From Squalus acanthias (taxonomy: Eukaryota): 64,000 nt of DNA. The notes under the pieces were generated by a model. It worked only from the letters and a program-made list of their open reading frames with translations, was not told where the DNA came from and ran no database searches. Each line of letters opens with the position of its first letter. The first letter of the stretch is position 1. The stretch is taken from the NCBI GenBank assembly GCA_030390025.1, contig CM059432.1, positions 132,248,001 through 132,312,000 of the forward strand, in the 5' to 3' direction. Both the position numbers and the translations under genes were made by a program. Shown here piece by piece: positions 35,515-48,026 of the stretch.

Positions 35515-38058
35515 GGTGGCAGACAGTTTCAATCCTCCACCACTGACTTCAGTCACAGGGGCAATGGTGTGGTGGGGTATCTGAGTTCTGCTCGGCCCAC
35601 CCCGTGCTGAAAGAAAAGCAGCAACATGCATGACCTCTACACCAATAAAATCAGCGGTCTAGCCAGCGCTGCAGAAGATTGCTCTTGCCAAGCACCAACC
35701 CAGATTCCAGCTTTTCAACACGCAGCAGGTCGCAAGGTACGCCTGGCATACACCTCCTACCAGTTTGCTGAGGAATGGCATTGGCAGGTGCCTGGCTGCG
35801 AGTTGCCCACCTGGCCTAATCAGCCGCCGAAGCCTCAGTGTGGAATTGATGAGCCTGTGGTGCAGGACTGAGCCGTAATGCTCAGGAAGCTCCCGAGTTC
35901 AATTAATGGTCTGTGCTGACCTAACTGATTTCAGCATTGACAATCAGAGAGTATTGCAACTGGGCTCAACGGGGGTAACTTAAAAACACGTGGTAGTGTT
36001 GTAAAACGGGCGATATGGGTTCGGCCGCTTTATATACATCTCTCCCCATTTTCTTTGGAAAAGTGTCTCCAAATAAGGAAGGGGGAACCAGTTTGGGATG
36101 CTGAAGCTCATCTTTATCCAGTGTCTCCTGCTGGAAGTTCATCTGAGGGCCCATTAGGTGACAATAGGCTCAGACACGGCTGTGATTCCCCCACAGGTGA
36201 GTAGCCTGCCAACACTACCCGTTGGGCTCACACATGAAGAATGCCCAGTTGGGCACGGTACTGGAAGGCAGCCAGCTGGCATGTTTGGGACTGTACCTCA
36301 GCAAAACTCCCTTACAGAAGAGAAGAAAGAAAAGGGAGAAAAAACATTGTTTAAGATAACAATGTGTATTTATTTAGTTTTCAGCAACAGGCACCTTCCA
36401 GATAATAATAGGCCCTGAAGACTGGCAGCAATAGCAGGTCCTCTAAGATTTATTATACATGGGGTTGTAGTCAATGAAGGAAGCCATGGTGTCATAAGTT
36501 CATTCATACTGTGGCCTGATGTAAATATTTTTTCCGGGCTGCTTTAGGAAGTTGACAAATTTCAAAAGAATATCAGGAACTAGTGTTTCAGTTACTTTCT
36601 TGGCTACAAAATCACAATCCATCTTGAGTGTTTGTGGAAAAAATGATTAATAATGTATTGTTCACAAACTGGCGTCTGGAAAAAAATCGCACTCTTTTTT
36701 CACACCAGACACTGTGAGGGAATATTTCGCTATGCAGACATTAAGGCATTTTTGGTGGTACATGAGGAGTGATTGTGCAAGGATCTCACTTCCTGACTAA
36801 CTGGTAATTCGCCGCTGACAATGCATTGGACCAGCGTATTAAACATTAAGAGAGATTACCATCTCCGCCACCTTAATGAGCTTTGAAGGAAGTCCCAGTT
36901 GATCGCTGCAAGTCAGCATGAGGTAATGCCAACCGGATGGAAAATGCCAAGTCCAATGTGTTCAGTATGTAGATAAAGGTGCAGGCACACGTCGCCTAGT
37001 TAGAAGCAAGGCAGCAAGAAAAAGGGAGAGACAGATTGACACACAAACTGATGACAAGCCAGATTGACACTGAAGTGTGAGAAAAAGGAAGAAAAAAGAA
37101 AGCATGAAAGAAGAGACAAGTAATAAAGTGAGATAAAAAACCAAAGATACAATTTATTATTCTTTTGCTTATCTGAAATCAAGAACAAGCCTTTAAAGGC
37201 AGTCTGTGTAATACATTCAACATAGTACAAAGCATTTTTGTCTACCAGAGTCCTGTCATACTTACATTTTCCAGCCCAGTGTTAAAGTTCACCAGTTCTA
37301 TTCAGATGTATCGCCTATCAATCAAAATGCTCAGTGCATCTGAGATTCCTCCCATCAGATTCATGGCTCACAATTTGATAATCTTACCTGGCACCAACTG
37401 GCCAATCAGCATACCCCTTCATACTTCTTATATTAAGCAACTTGTTAACTGCTTAAGTGTGGAAATTCATAAATCTAGCAATTCAGTCACACCAATGTAG
37501 GGAAAACATGGTGCGAGAAAGTTTTGATACATCCATGTTAACAATCTGGGAGATGTGCGTTCCTTCAGATCATTGCATGCAGCCTTTATCTGATCCCCAC
37601 TAGCAGCTCTCATTTAGACCTCGCTGGCAGTATTCAGCTGACCCAGTTATCAGCATTCATCACCCGATTCATCCCACCACGTCAACCCACAGCAAAATCT
37701 CTGAACTTGGAGAAACCCCCGCTGTCAGACCAGCCCTCTCCTCAGAACCTCCCAAAAATCAGCCCTGAAATGAATGGCTAACAAGTCCTGCTACTCATAC
37801 AGTTCGGCAACTATCTATGATTCTCTCTCACACAGAAAGAAATTAAGTTATACCTGACGTGTCGGCCATAACTTTATTTATTTCAGCATCAGGTCTGAAA
37901 TGGGGGGTTTCACTGAGGGAAGACATGGGATTTTCTGCAGAAGGCTGACACCAGGGAATTCGCTAAGGGCTGGCATGGCAGGATGCGCTGTGTATTGTTA
38001 ATGGAAGGATGAGATGAGAGCTGATCGTGGGTGAAGACTGTTAGCAGTGGTCTGGTAG

Positions 38059-38286
38059 TAGGATTGCCCTGGATTCTCCAGGGATGGACGACTAATTTCC
38101 TGGGCGCTGCTGTGAGCAACCCGGGAGAAAGATCACACGGGCTTTAAATAAATTGAGCTCTCATTCCAATTTCGTTACACTTTTGTTTATTAAGGGGAAA
38201 TGCTGTTTGACTGGGCGAGGTGGTTGGACACATAGGTCATGTGATAAAACCTCCAGGAATACGTCCAATCAGAGTTGGCAACCCTA
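38059..38286. mobile_element. hAT-like MITE with 8-bp TSD
   Basis: TIR taggattgcc / ggcaacccta; TSD tctggtag at 38051-38058 and 38287-38294. Confidence 0.85.
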
Positions 38287-38653
38287 TCTGGTAGATGGAG
38301 ACAACAATCAGCTACCAGTGATGTGCTGATGCCGACTCAAGGCCTTGAGACCCGAGCAGCTTTGACCTGTGTCCAAAAAGGAATAGCAGGTCTAACCAGA
38401 TGAGGATAGCGCACTCTTTGAATTGTTTCTTTGCAAAGTAAATCTCCAGAGGCTTCTGCATAACTCATTTCTACGTGGTCATTTCTAACAAGCAATTAAG
38501 AAGTTTTCAATAAGATTCGGCAACTAATTCTCAGCACTTTGCACACCGGAGGAAAATCACATGTCGGTGAGGATGGTGTATTGCGAAGTCCTTTTGTGAA
38601 AAATATCAAAATTTCCTCAGCAGTTTATATGCGCAGCTCCGAATTTTCTTGTC

Positions 38654-39250
38654 AGAACATAAGAACATAAGAAATAAGAGCAGGAGTAGGCCATACGGCC
38701 CCTCGAGCCTGCTCCGCCATTCAATAAGATCATGGCTGATCATCGACCTCAACTCCACTTTCCCGCCCCATCTCCATATCCCTTGATTCCCCTAGAGTCC
38801 AAAAATCTATCTATCTATCTCAGCCTTGAATATACTCAAAGACTCAGCATTCACAGCCCTCTGGGACAGAGCATTCCAAAGATTCACAACCCTCTGAGTG
38901 AAGAAATTGCTCCTCATCTCAGTGTTAAATGGCCTACCCCTTATCCTGAGACTATGTCCCCGAGCTCTAGACACTCCAGCCAGGGGAAACAACCTCTCAG
39001 CATCTACCCTGTCAATCCCCTTCAGAATCTTGTATGTGTCAATGAGATCACCTCTCATTCTTCTAAACTCCTGAGAGTATAGGTCCATTCTACACAATCT
39101 CTCATTATAGGACAGCCCTCTCATCCCAGGAATCAATCTAGTGAACCTTCGTTGCACCGCCTCCAAGGCAAGTATATCCTTCCTTAGATAAGGAGACCAA
39201 AACTATGCACAGTGCTCCAGGTGCGGTCTCACCAAGGCCCCATAAAATTG
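38654..39250 (-). mobile_element. CR1 LINE 3' portion
   Basis: LEAVQRRFTRLIPGM...FFTQRVVNLWNAL; (ttcttatg)n tail. Confidence 0.9.
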
Positions 39251-39819
39251 TCAGGTTGCGGCACTGCCATCGGGGCAAAGGGCAAAGCAAAGAATCATTT
39301 AAAAAATTGTTGTTTTTGCAGTCAGTGGCACTTGGCAGTTTCAAGCTAGTTTCTGATGCTATGGAGCTGTAAAAAAAAAAATAGAAATCTTGTATATATT
39401 GAAAAAATTGCCATCGCGGGCCCCATTTCTGGCAGGAGGGCATCCTAGCAACGCGAGCACACCTGCATCGCGCGATTGAGATGGAACTGGCGGGGTGCCC
39501 GATGCCATCCTGATAGTCCCGCCTCTTTCAGTGATGTCAGGATGGCGGGAAATCATGAAGTGCTTGCCACCCCTTCCCCCTTCCACCCCCCTCCGCACCC
39601 CCCCATGATCAGAATTTTGGATCAGATGCACAAGTGTGTGGAGACCCAACAGGACCAGGTTCTGGACCACATTCCTCCCCCTTTGCCCAGATTGTGCAAT
39701 ATTCACATGACCAAAGCTGAGGAATTTCAGGGCTTTCACCTTTTTTGTGAAAGTTTACATCATGAGGAAACTATTAGCTCTAGGGTGTCTGAAAGGCACG
39801 ATTGGAATTTAACCTGCCT

Positions 39820-42200
39820 TTGAATGCGATTTTCTGGGACTGGTACCACCTTTAAAAGAACAATGCTGGGGCATGTAAGACAAGTACATACCTCAGATCA
39901 ATAAGCTCAGACTAAACAAGCATGACCCTAAATGGATTAACAAACACATTGAAAGTGAAATGAAGAGAAAAATGATATCTACAAATATAGACCCATGTAG
40001 AAACACGTCAAAAGGGTGATCAGAGGGCCAAGAGAGATCTTGGGGGAAAAAAAGCATAACTTCAGAGAAAAAACAGAACAGTGATGAATTATTTCAGTAT
40101 TACAATAGCAAAAGGCCCATCAGAGAAGAGGTGAGAACATTAATAGATGAAAACAGGCTTGAAACTGATGATGATAGTAAATATTCTGAATGAATACTTC
40201 CTCAAGTTATTCACAAGGGAAGATATGAACAGCACCAAGGCAAAATTCAGGTTTTGAATATAAATGAGATGGAAGCCCTAGATAAGCCGAAAGGGTTTAA
40301 GACAAATAAATCTCTGGGGTTCAATGGTATTTATCCCAAAGTGTTGAGAAAGATTATTGAGGAGGTTTGCAAGGCACTGACAATCTTTATGAGGGAGTCA
40401 ATGAACGCTAGGTGCCAGTAGGTTGGATCCAGGCTAACGTGGCGCCCATATTCAAAAAGGGCAAATAAAACAGACACAGGCAACTGTAGACGGAGTCTTA
40501 ATTCCATTCCGTATAAAATAACAGAATTCATTATCTGGAGTTATCTTGATAATAACTTAGTAAACATCAGCCAACTTGGCTTTAGAAGGTAAAGATCTTG
40601 GCTGAGCAAGCTCCTCGTTTTCTTTGAGGAAGTGGCAACCCAAATCTACTGTTGTGTACTTAAGACTTTCCAAAAGGCATTTGCTAAAGTCACACACAAA
40701 AGGTTACACGTTAAGCTCGAAGCTGTGGGGATCCAGGGTAAAACTTGGGAATAGATGAGAAATTGGCTGTAAGGTAGAGAACAACAAGTACTGAGTAGGG
40801 GAATTATGTCGGGGGTGGGGGGTGGGGGGTGGCGTGAGGGGGAGTACTGAGTGGGGTGCCCCAGGGGTCAGTGCCAGTTTCAAATTTACATAAATTGCTA
40901 GGTTTGAGAAATTCAATGCAAATGGATCAAATTTTTCGTTGATATCAAGCTAGGAGGGGCAGTAGAACTGAAGATGGCAGCTCGGAACTTACAGAGCGAG
41001 TTGAACAAAATACATGAGTGGGACGAACAATGGCAGATGAAATTTAATACAGAGAAGTGTAAAGTACCGCACAAAGGAAGGAAAAATCGATGACACAGAT
41101 ACTCCATGAATGGCGTTGAAATAGCTGAGGATAGAGTTGAAAGAGACCTAGTGGGAAAAATTGGGTGTTGTCCATTTTGGGGTGCTAATGTCGCCGGGGC
41201 GCTAATTTTATTGCCCCGAAAAAATTAGCACCCCTCCGCCTGAAATTCAGTGGTAGCACCCCAAGCAGGAGGCGGGGCGCTACTGGAAGCGCTCTACCTC
41301 CTTCTTGGGGCGCTACAACTGAATATCGTGGCGCTACGTGCAACAGCGCCACGCACGTTGGCACGTAGCGCCGCGTCATTGCAGGCCTCCCTCCCCTGAT
41401 TAAAGGGGAGGGGCCTAGCGCTGCGTGCACCGGGGCCCTGCTGGACCACCGGTGAGCGAGGTGCCGTGAAAACAGCCTGGCACTCAAGAGGAGTGCCGGG
41501 CTGAGCGATCGCGGCCGGCACCCCGAGGAAAAATGGGGAAGGGGGCAGGTGCTGGCAGTTGGCCAAAAGAAATGGCCGCCCGATACCTGCCGCTTTTACT
41601 TGCACCGCCGCCGCCGCTGCAAGAACGCTCCCCTGACCGTGTCAGACATATTGTCCGGCGATAGGTCAGGGGGTGCAAGAGAAGTTCGCGGCCGGGGCGC
41701 AAGCGGGGCGTTGCGCATGGCGATGACATCATTGCCGGCGGCACAGCGCCGTGGGGCGCTACCGGCTACTGCCGCCGCTAACCTCACGATGAATTTCGCG
41801 GGAGGCGTTAGTGGCGCCGTGCCCGGGCATTAGGGGATTTGCGCCCTGTTAACGCCCCCTGGGGGCACTAGCGAGAGGCGCAAATCAACCCAATTTTTCC
41901 CCCCTAGGAGTCTTAGTCGACTCAACTGTGAACATGTCCAACCAAAAGAGAGCAGCAATCAGCAAAGCCAACAGAATGTTGAAGTACATAGCCAAAGCAG
42001 TAGGAAGGCATGACCAGACTTTATAGTGCTCTGGTCAGACCGTGCCTCGAGTATTGTGTCAACTTCTGGTTGCTGAGAAACAAGACAGATGTTTAAGCAC
42101 TGGAGTCAGTGTAGGGAAGAGGCCATAAGGCTGATCCTTAGTGTTGGTGGTCTGAGTTATGGGGAAAGACTGGCGAGATTTGGGCTTTTCAGCCTGGAAT
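39820..42200 (+). mobile_element. Old, heavily decayed CR1 ORF2, interrupted by a MITE
   Basis: Remnants ANVAPIFKKGK, YLDF.KAF.KV, GVPQGS, WQMKFN.EKCKV, RDLGVLVD. Confidence 0.75.
41151..41903. mobile_element. GC/CpG-rich MITE with 15-bp TIRs and 3-bp TSD
   Basis: gtgggaaaaattggg / cccaatttttccccc; TSD cta; removing it restores CR1 gagacctaggagtc. Confidence 0.88.
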
Positions 42201-42629
42201 GGGGGTGACTGAGATATGGGGATAGATTCCACCCCCCGCCCCGCCCCCCCCACTCCCCACCACCCGAGCAGTATTGAGGCGGTCACTGGGTGATGCGGTA
42301 ATCCCGGCTGCCCCATCACATGGCTGGAAGGTCCAGCCGATTTTTGATGACTGGGCCTTATCTGCATGACATTGATGGGCTGCCCAGGCATTGGTGTCGC
42401 TGATAAGCAGGCGGCCCAATTCAGAAGCGGGCTTTTCCGCCTGGGACCTCCTGTACTTAAAGTGCAAAGGCACCCCTTAAAAAGCGGGGTCAAGTCACCC
42501 TCAGAAAACTGTTGCCTGCCAACTGAAAGCAATTTGGGAGGAATTCTTCTTGGTTCACTGGCCCTCAGAAGTGTAAGTTCTGCTGGTTCTCCACTTGCTT
42601 GCAGCATCAGCAGAACGTCGAGGTCAAGA

Positions 42630-42790
42630 GATCCCAGTGGTGTTGCTGTGAAGGCACAGGTGGAGCAGGAGGCATGTCCTCTTCCCAAAGGATGCACCAG
42701 CGTTTGCTAACACCCACAGCTGCATTCCTGAGGACATGGCTTCAGTGTAGGAAGAGGTTGAATGACCTGATCAGGACAGCAAAGGTTAGA
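42630..42790 (+). pseudogene. Harbinger Myb/SANT exon remnant (element resumes at about 44592-44780)
   Basis: RTWLQCRKRLNDLIRTAK followed by a gt donor. Confidence 0.65.
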
Positions 42791-42979
42791 CGCAGGTTTT
42801 CCTGTCTTCATTTAGATGAGTCATACCTTTCCATAGCAGGCTTTTTGCCAACCGCTACTCCGCCGCCCTTACTCCATGCATGCTTCACTCCCCCCCCCCC
42901 ACGACCCCCAACCTCTGCACACTTCTTCGCCAATCACAGCAGGTCACGGCAGCAGCTTTCCTTCTCCTTACAAACAGAC

Positions 42980-44095
42980 TTAAGAACATAAGAAATAGGA
43001 GCAGGAGTCGGCCATTTGGCCCCTCGAGCCTGCTCTGCCATTCAATAAGATCATGGCTGATCTTCTACCTCATCTCCACTTTACTGCACTTACCCCATAT
43101 CCCTCGATTCCCTTAATATCCAAAAATCTATCGATCTCTGTCTTGAATATACTCAATGACTGAGCCTCCACAGCCCTCTGGGGTAGAGAATTCCAAAGAT
43201 TCACCACCCTCTGAGTGAAGAAATTTCTCCTCATCTCAGTCCTAAATGGCCGACCCCTTATTCTGAGACTGTGACCCCTGGTTCTAGACTCCCCAGTCAG
43301 GGGAAACATCCTCCCTGCATCTACCCTGTCAAGCCCTGTAAGAATTTTGTATGTTTCAATGAGATCACCTCTCATTCTTCTAAACTCGAGAGAATATAGG
43401 CCTAGTCTACTCAATCTCTCCTCATAGGACAATACCCCCATCCCAGGAATCAGTCTGGTGAACCCTCATTGCACTCCCTCTATGGCAAGTATATCCTTCC
43501 TTAGGTAAGGAGACCAAAACTGTACACAATACTCCAGGTGTGGTCTCACCAGGGCCCTATATAATTGCAGTAAGATGTCTTTACTCTTATACTCAAATCC
43601 TCTTGTAATAAAGGCCAACATACCATTTGCTTTCCTAATTGCTTGCTGTACCTGCATGTTAACTTTCAGTGATTCTTGTACAAGGACACCCAGGTCCCTC
43701 TGGACACCAACATTTCCCAATCTCTCACCATTTAAAAAATACTCTGCTTTTCTATTTTCCCTACCAAAGTGGATAACTTCACGTTTCTACATATTATATT
43801 CCATTTGCCATGGTCTTGCCCATTCACTTAGCTTCTCTATATCCCCTTGAAGCCTCTTTGCATCCTCCTCACAACTTACATACCCACCCAGCTTTGTATC
43901 ATCAGAAAACTTGGATATATTACATTTGGTCCCCTCATCCAAATCATTGATATAGATTGTGAATAGCTGAGGCCCAAGCACTGATCCTTGTGACCCATTT
44001 ATTCCTACTCTCTGTTTCCTGTCAGTTAACCAACCCTTAATCCATGCTAGTATATTACCCCCAATCCTATGAGCCCTAATTTTGTTTAATAACCT
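42980..44095 (-). mobile_element. CR1 LINE 3' portion
   Basis: LGPQLFTIYINDLD...FSDDTKLGG; LYRALVRPHLEYCVQFWSP; tail at 42980. Confidence 0.92.
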
Positions 44096-44591
44096 AAGCG
44101 GGGGGAGGGTCCCGGTGGACAGAAATCTAGAATGCTGAGGAGAAAAGACAAGGAAGCAGTGTAGGAAAGTGATTGGGGTAAGGATAACCCGATTGTGTCA
44201 GGAAGGGACAGAGTGTACAAACAAGAGAGTGCACTAATAAATAGTGTCCGGTTAAGAAAAAATGGTAATAAGACAAATAGGGCCATAGTACAAAAAAATG
44301 TTAAGATGTCTAAAAATGTTAAAAAGACAAATCTAAAGGCACTGTATCTGAATGCACGAAGCATTCGTAATAAGGTAGATGAATTAACAGTCCAAATAGA
44401 TGTAAACGGATGCGATATAATTGCAATTACGGAGACATGGCTGCAGGGTGACCAAGTCTGGGAGCTGAATATCCAAGGATATTCGATATTTAGGAAGGAC
44501 AGGCAAAAAGGAAAAGGAGGTGGGGTGGCGTTGTTAGTAAAAGATGAAATCAGAGCAATAGTGAGAAAGGATATTGGCTCAGAAAATCAAG
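44096..44591 (+). mobile_element. CR1 APE-endonuclease start, inverted relative to the adjoining 3' part
   Basis: LYLNARSIRNK..IIAITETWL..FRKDR..GGGVALLVK. Confidence 0.88.
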
Positions 44592-45617
44592 ATACCGCTC
44601 ATACACGAAAGACAGCTGGACCATCTGGTCCAGCACCAGCCAAGGTGTCAAAGTCTCCAGTCGGCCTCTCAAGGGCCCGGACTTGAATACAATTAGACTT
44701 CTACCATCCCTGCTGAAGCCACTGGGGAAGCACCTGGTAGAAGCACTAGAATAGGTAAGAACACTTAAGAAGAGCACAACAGAGGTAAAATTGATTTGTT
44801 TGCCACTCTGTAAAGGCAGTAAAAATGTTAACAGCTGAGCAATGCGAGTGTGTCTTTTCTAAGGTTTACAACTGAGGTATTCAGCCATCAATGGCAGGTG
44901 CCATCTGTGCAATTGGCAGTAGTAACTACTTGTAACTGACTGAAATTGTGCTGATAACTAGCAGTAATAATGGTAACACTCAGATTCCTCTCATAACCAA
45001 AAGTAATACAATAACTCACTGATAGTCTGTATGTAACTGGTATGTATAACACCTTAAAATCCGACCTGTAACTTGTAGTAATTCGATAATCCATTGATAT
45101 TCACCCTGTAACTACAGCCAGAATACCCCTGCACTGCACAAGGTGCAGTTAGGCTTCTCAGTCAATGCCACCTTTAATAGACCCCATCATCTCTCTCCCT
45201 GTCTCCTTGGACTCTGGTTTAAACTCAGTTTCTGTGTGAAGGTGACAACTCTGACCTGGGAGCCTCAGTCAGAGCCGATCTGTACTGGGACTTCACACAT
45301 CAAAACCGGGCGGCACAGACCCCCCTGAACCAAACCAAGAGATCGCACCAAGGGCAGTGGGCTCGATGTTTGGGGCACTTCTCACAGGGCACATCGTCCT
45401 AAGCTCAGCTCAGCACCAACATTTCCAAACTACTCCCTGGGCTCGGACTCAATAACGGAGAGAAAAGAAGGAAGAAGAGGGAATGACTCCAAAGAACGCA
45501 AAGAGATCCCACTTGGGAATATATAAGTCAAACATGTCCCCTGTTTTGTACGGCCCCATAGCACCCAACCCCCTCCCCCTCACTAATGTTATGTAAAAGA
45601 AATTAAAAAAAAGAGTT

Positions 45618-45940
45618 TTCATAGAATGATAGAAATCACAGCACAGGAGGAGGCCATTCGGCCCCCGTTGCCTGTGCTGGCGCTGTTGCCCCCTCCTGCA
45701 ACCCCATTCCCCGCACATCCTTTTATAATGCTCCTTTTGAAATATGTATCCTATTCTCTTTCAAATGATGTTCTAGTCTCTACCTCAATAGCCACATGGT
45801 GAAGCATCCCATGGTCCAACAGCCCCCAGTTGAAGAACCTTCCTTCTCCCTTCCCCCTTGGTTCTTCCAGTAAGAATCCTTGCTTTCCGTTCCCTAGTTC
45901 CCCATTCGCCCACCAATGGAAACAATCTTTCACTATTTAC
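45618..45940 (-). mobile_element. Old CR1 3' end
   Basis: Reverse-complement tail catagaatgatagaaatcacagcacaggaggaggccattcggccc. Confidence 0.65.
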
Positions 45941-46639
45941 CCACAATAAGGTCCCTAGGTTTCACAAACCTCTTTGCTGGCTGCTCCTCTCTCTGCGCCG
46001 CTCCCACTCACCATGTTGCTGCTGCTCCCGGCTCGGCAGAAAGTGCTGGTCCCCCGGCCCACCCCATTCCCCAGTGTACCCCTCGCCCCCGCTCAAGCCC
46101 CCATCCTCGACCCCCATTTCCCATCTTTCCCTAACCCCCAATTCGCCCTCTCTCCCCCAACGCCCACACCCATTCTCCCTGAACCCCAATTCTCCCTCGA
46201 CCCCCAATTATTATTATGATAACTCAATAATGGAAGCATAAAAAAACAGTGTTGGTAAGTGAGGGGAGGCCAATGATGGGATTGGAGGAAATGTCCTAAG
46301 ATGCAGAGCCCAGTGTCTCGCCCCTTTGAGACCAGTTACCTCAGCACAGACCATGAATGAAACTTGGTCTATATGACTTAGTATTATTTCAGAGTGTCTT
46401 CATGCACTAGGCTTATCTAATATATATATATATATTAAAAAAATGGCCTTAATTCTATTTAATTTTAGGGTAGTTACAAAAGCAGACAAATTGTCACTGT
46501 GGCAGGCAGGGAAGGGAATTTTTTCGCCATGTTAATTTTTGAAGTACATTGTTAGACTGCTGGATACTATTCGATCTCCTCAAAGCAGACCAGAACTTGC
46601 ATTACCTTTTATATATAATGTACCACCTAGAAGTGCAGC

Positions 46640-47105
46640 CTGTAGCTCAGTTGGTAGTACACTCGTCTCTGCGTCAGAAGGTTATGGGTTCAAGTCCCAC
46701 TCCAAGGACTTGAGCACATAAATCTAGGCTGACACTCCACTCCAGTGCAGTGCTGAGGGAGTGCTGCACTGTCAGAGGTGCCGTCTTTCGGATGAGACGT
46801 TAAACCGAGGCCCCGTCTGCTCTCTCAGGTGGACGTAAAAGATCCACGACACTATTTTGAAGAAGAGCAGTGGGAGTTATACCCGGTGTCCTGGCCAATA
46901 TTCATCCCTCAATCAACATCACTAAAAACAGATGATCTGGTCATTATCACATTGCTGTTTGTGGGACCTTGCTGTGCGCAAATTGGCTGCCGCATTTCCC
47001 ACATTACAACAGTGACTACACTTCAAAAGTACTTCATTGGCTGTAAAGCGCTTTGAGACGTCCGGTGGTCGTGAAAGGTGCTATATAATACAAGTCTTTC
47101 TTTCT
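46640..47105 (+). mobile_element. Full-length tRNA-derived DeuSINE (SacSINE1-like)
   Basis: A-box tagctcagttgg, B-box ggttcaagtcc, Deu core, tail gctatataatacaagtc(tttc)n shared with L2. Confidence 0.9.
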
Positions 47106-48026
47106 TTCTCTTCTTGCTGTTCATGTGCTTTGCAGATACACAGAAAGAATGTATCGCGGTCTCTGCCATGATTGGGGATAGACTTGACTCAGCAATTAAT
47201 GTCATCCAGCATTGCAACCATCTTAGTACTTCAATATGAAAGAAAGCACCTATGTTGTAATACTGGGTGCATTAGTCTTTCAATGGTATAGACTTCTCAC
47301 TAATTCAGTGGTGAAAAAGCAGTTAAATAAAATATTTTCTGTTGCTATTAAGAGTCTTTTCTTGTTTTCACAGGATATAGAATTCACACAAAAATGTAAC
47401 TGGTAACAGTTTGTATGGTATACTTTTAACAGTCATTGTTTTTCTATTGAACAGTAGTAAATTTATAGGATATATTGCCTCTTGCAGTGACACGGCCTCT
47501 ACTTGTTTAATTCTGACCTCTAGTGGCTACCCCCACACACTGCAGTTCAGATAGCTGGGCCATTCTTGCGGCTGAGTGCACTGCACAGTGAACTTGTTCG
47601 TGAGTTACCTGCACCAACTGAGCAATGATGGACATTTTCTGCTCACATTTCTATGAAGTAGAGGGCAGCAAAGCACCTTGTAATCTGGTGAGCTTTATAT
47701 TGATTGAAAAGAGGTAGTAGGCACTGGCTGGCGTGGTACTAACCTACACATGATAATTCATCCATCCAGACCCGTGTCCCTTTTTCCGACTCCCACAATT
47801 TAATTTAAATTAATATTCCTGATTTACCTTTTCCGTACCATTCACTATTTTATATACTTTTATAAGATCACCAGTCAGATGTCTTTATTTCCAGGATGAA
47901 CAGCCCATGTCTCTCTCGTCTTTCTCCCAAGGATCAACCTCATGGCTCTTCTGTGCATTGCCTCCAGCGCCTCAATATCTCCCTTGTGTCTCTCACAACC
48001 TGAACTGCATGCAGTACTCGAGGTGC

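Noticed and set aside
41185..41833. CpG-island promoter or GC-rich ORFs
   Set aside because: Inside a TIR/TSD-bounded MITE with a second copy at 34143-34823
46640..46715. tRNA gene
   Set aside because: A/B boxes run directly into the SINE body and tail; multiple decayed copies
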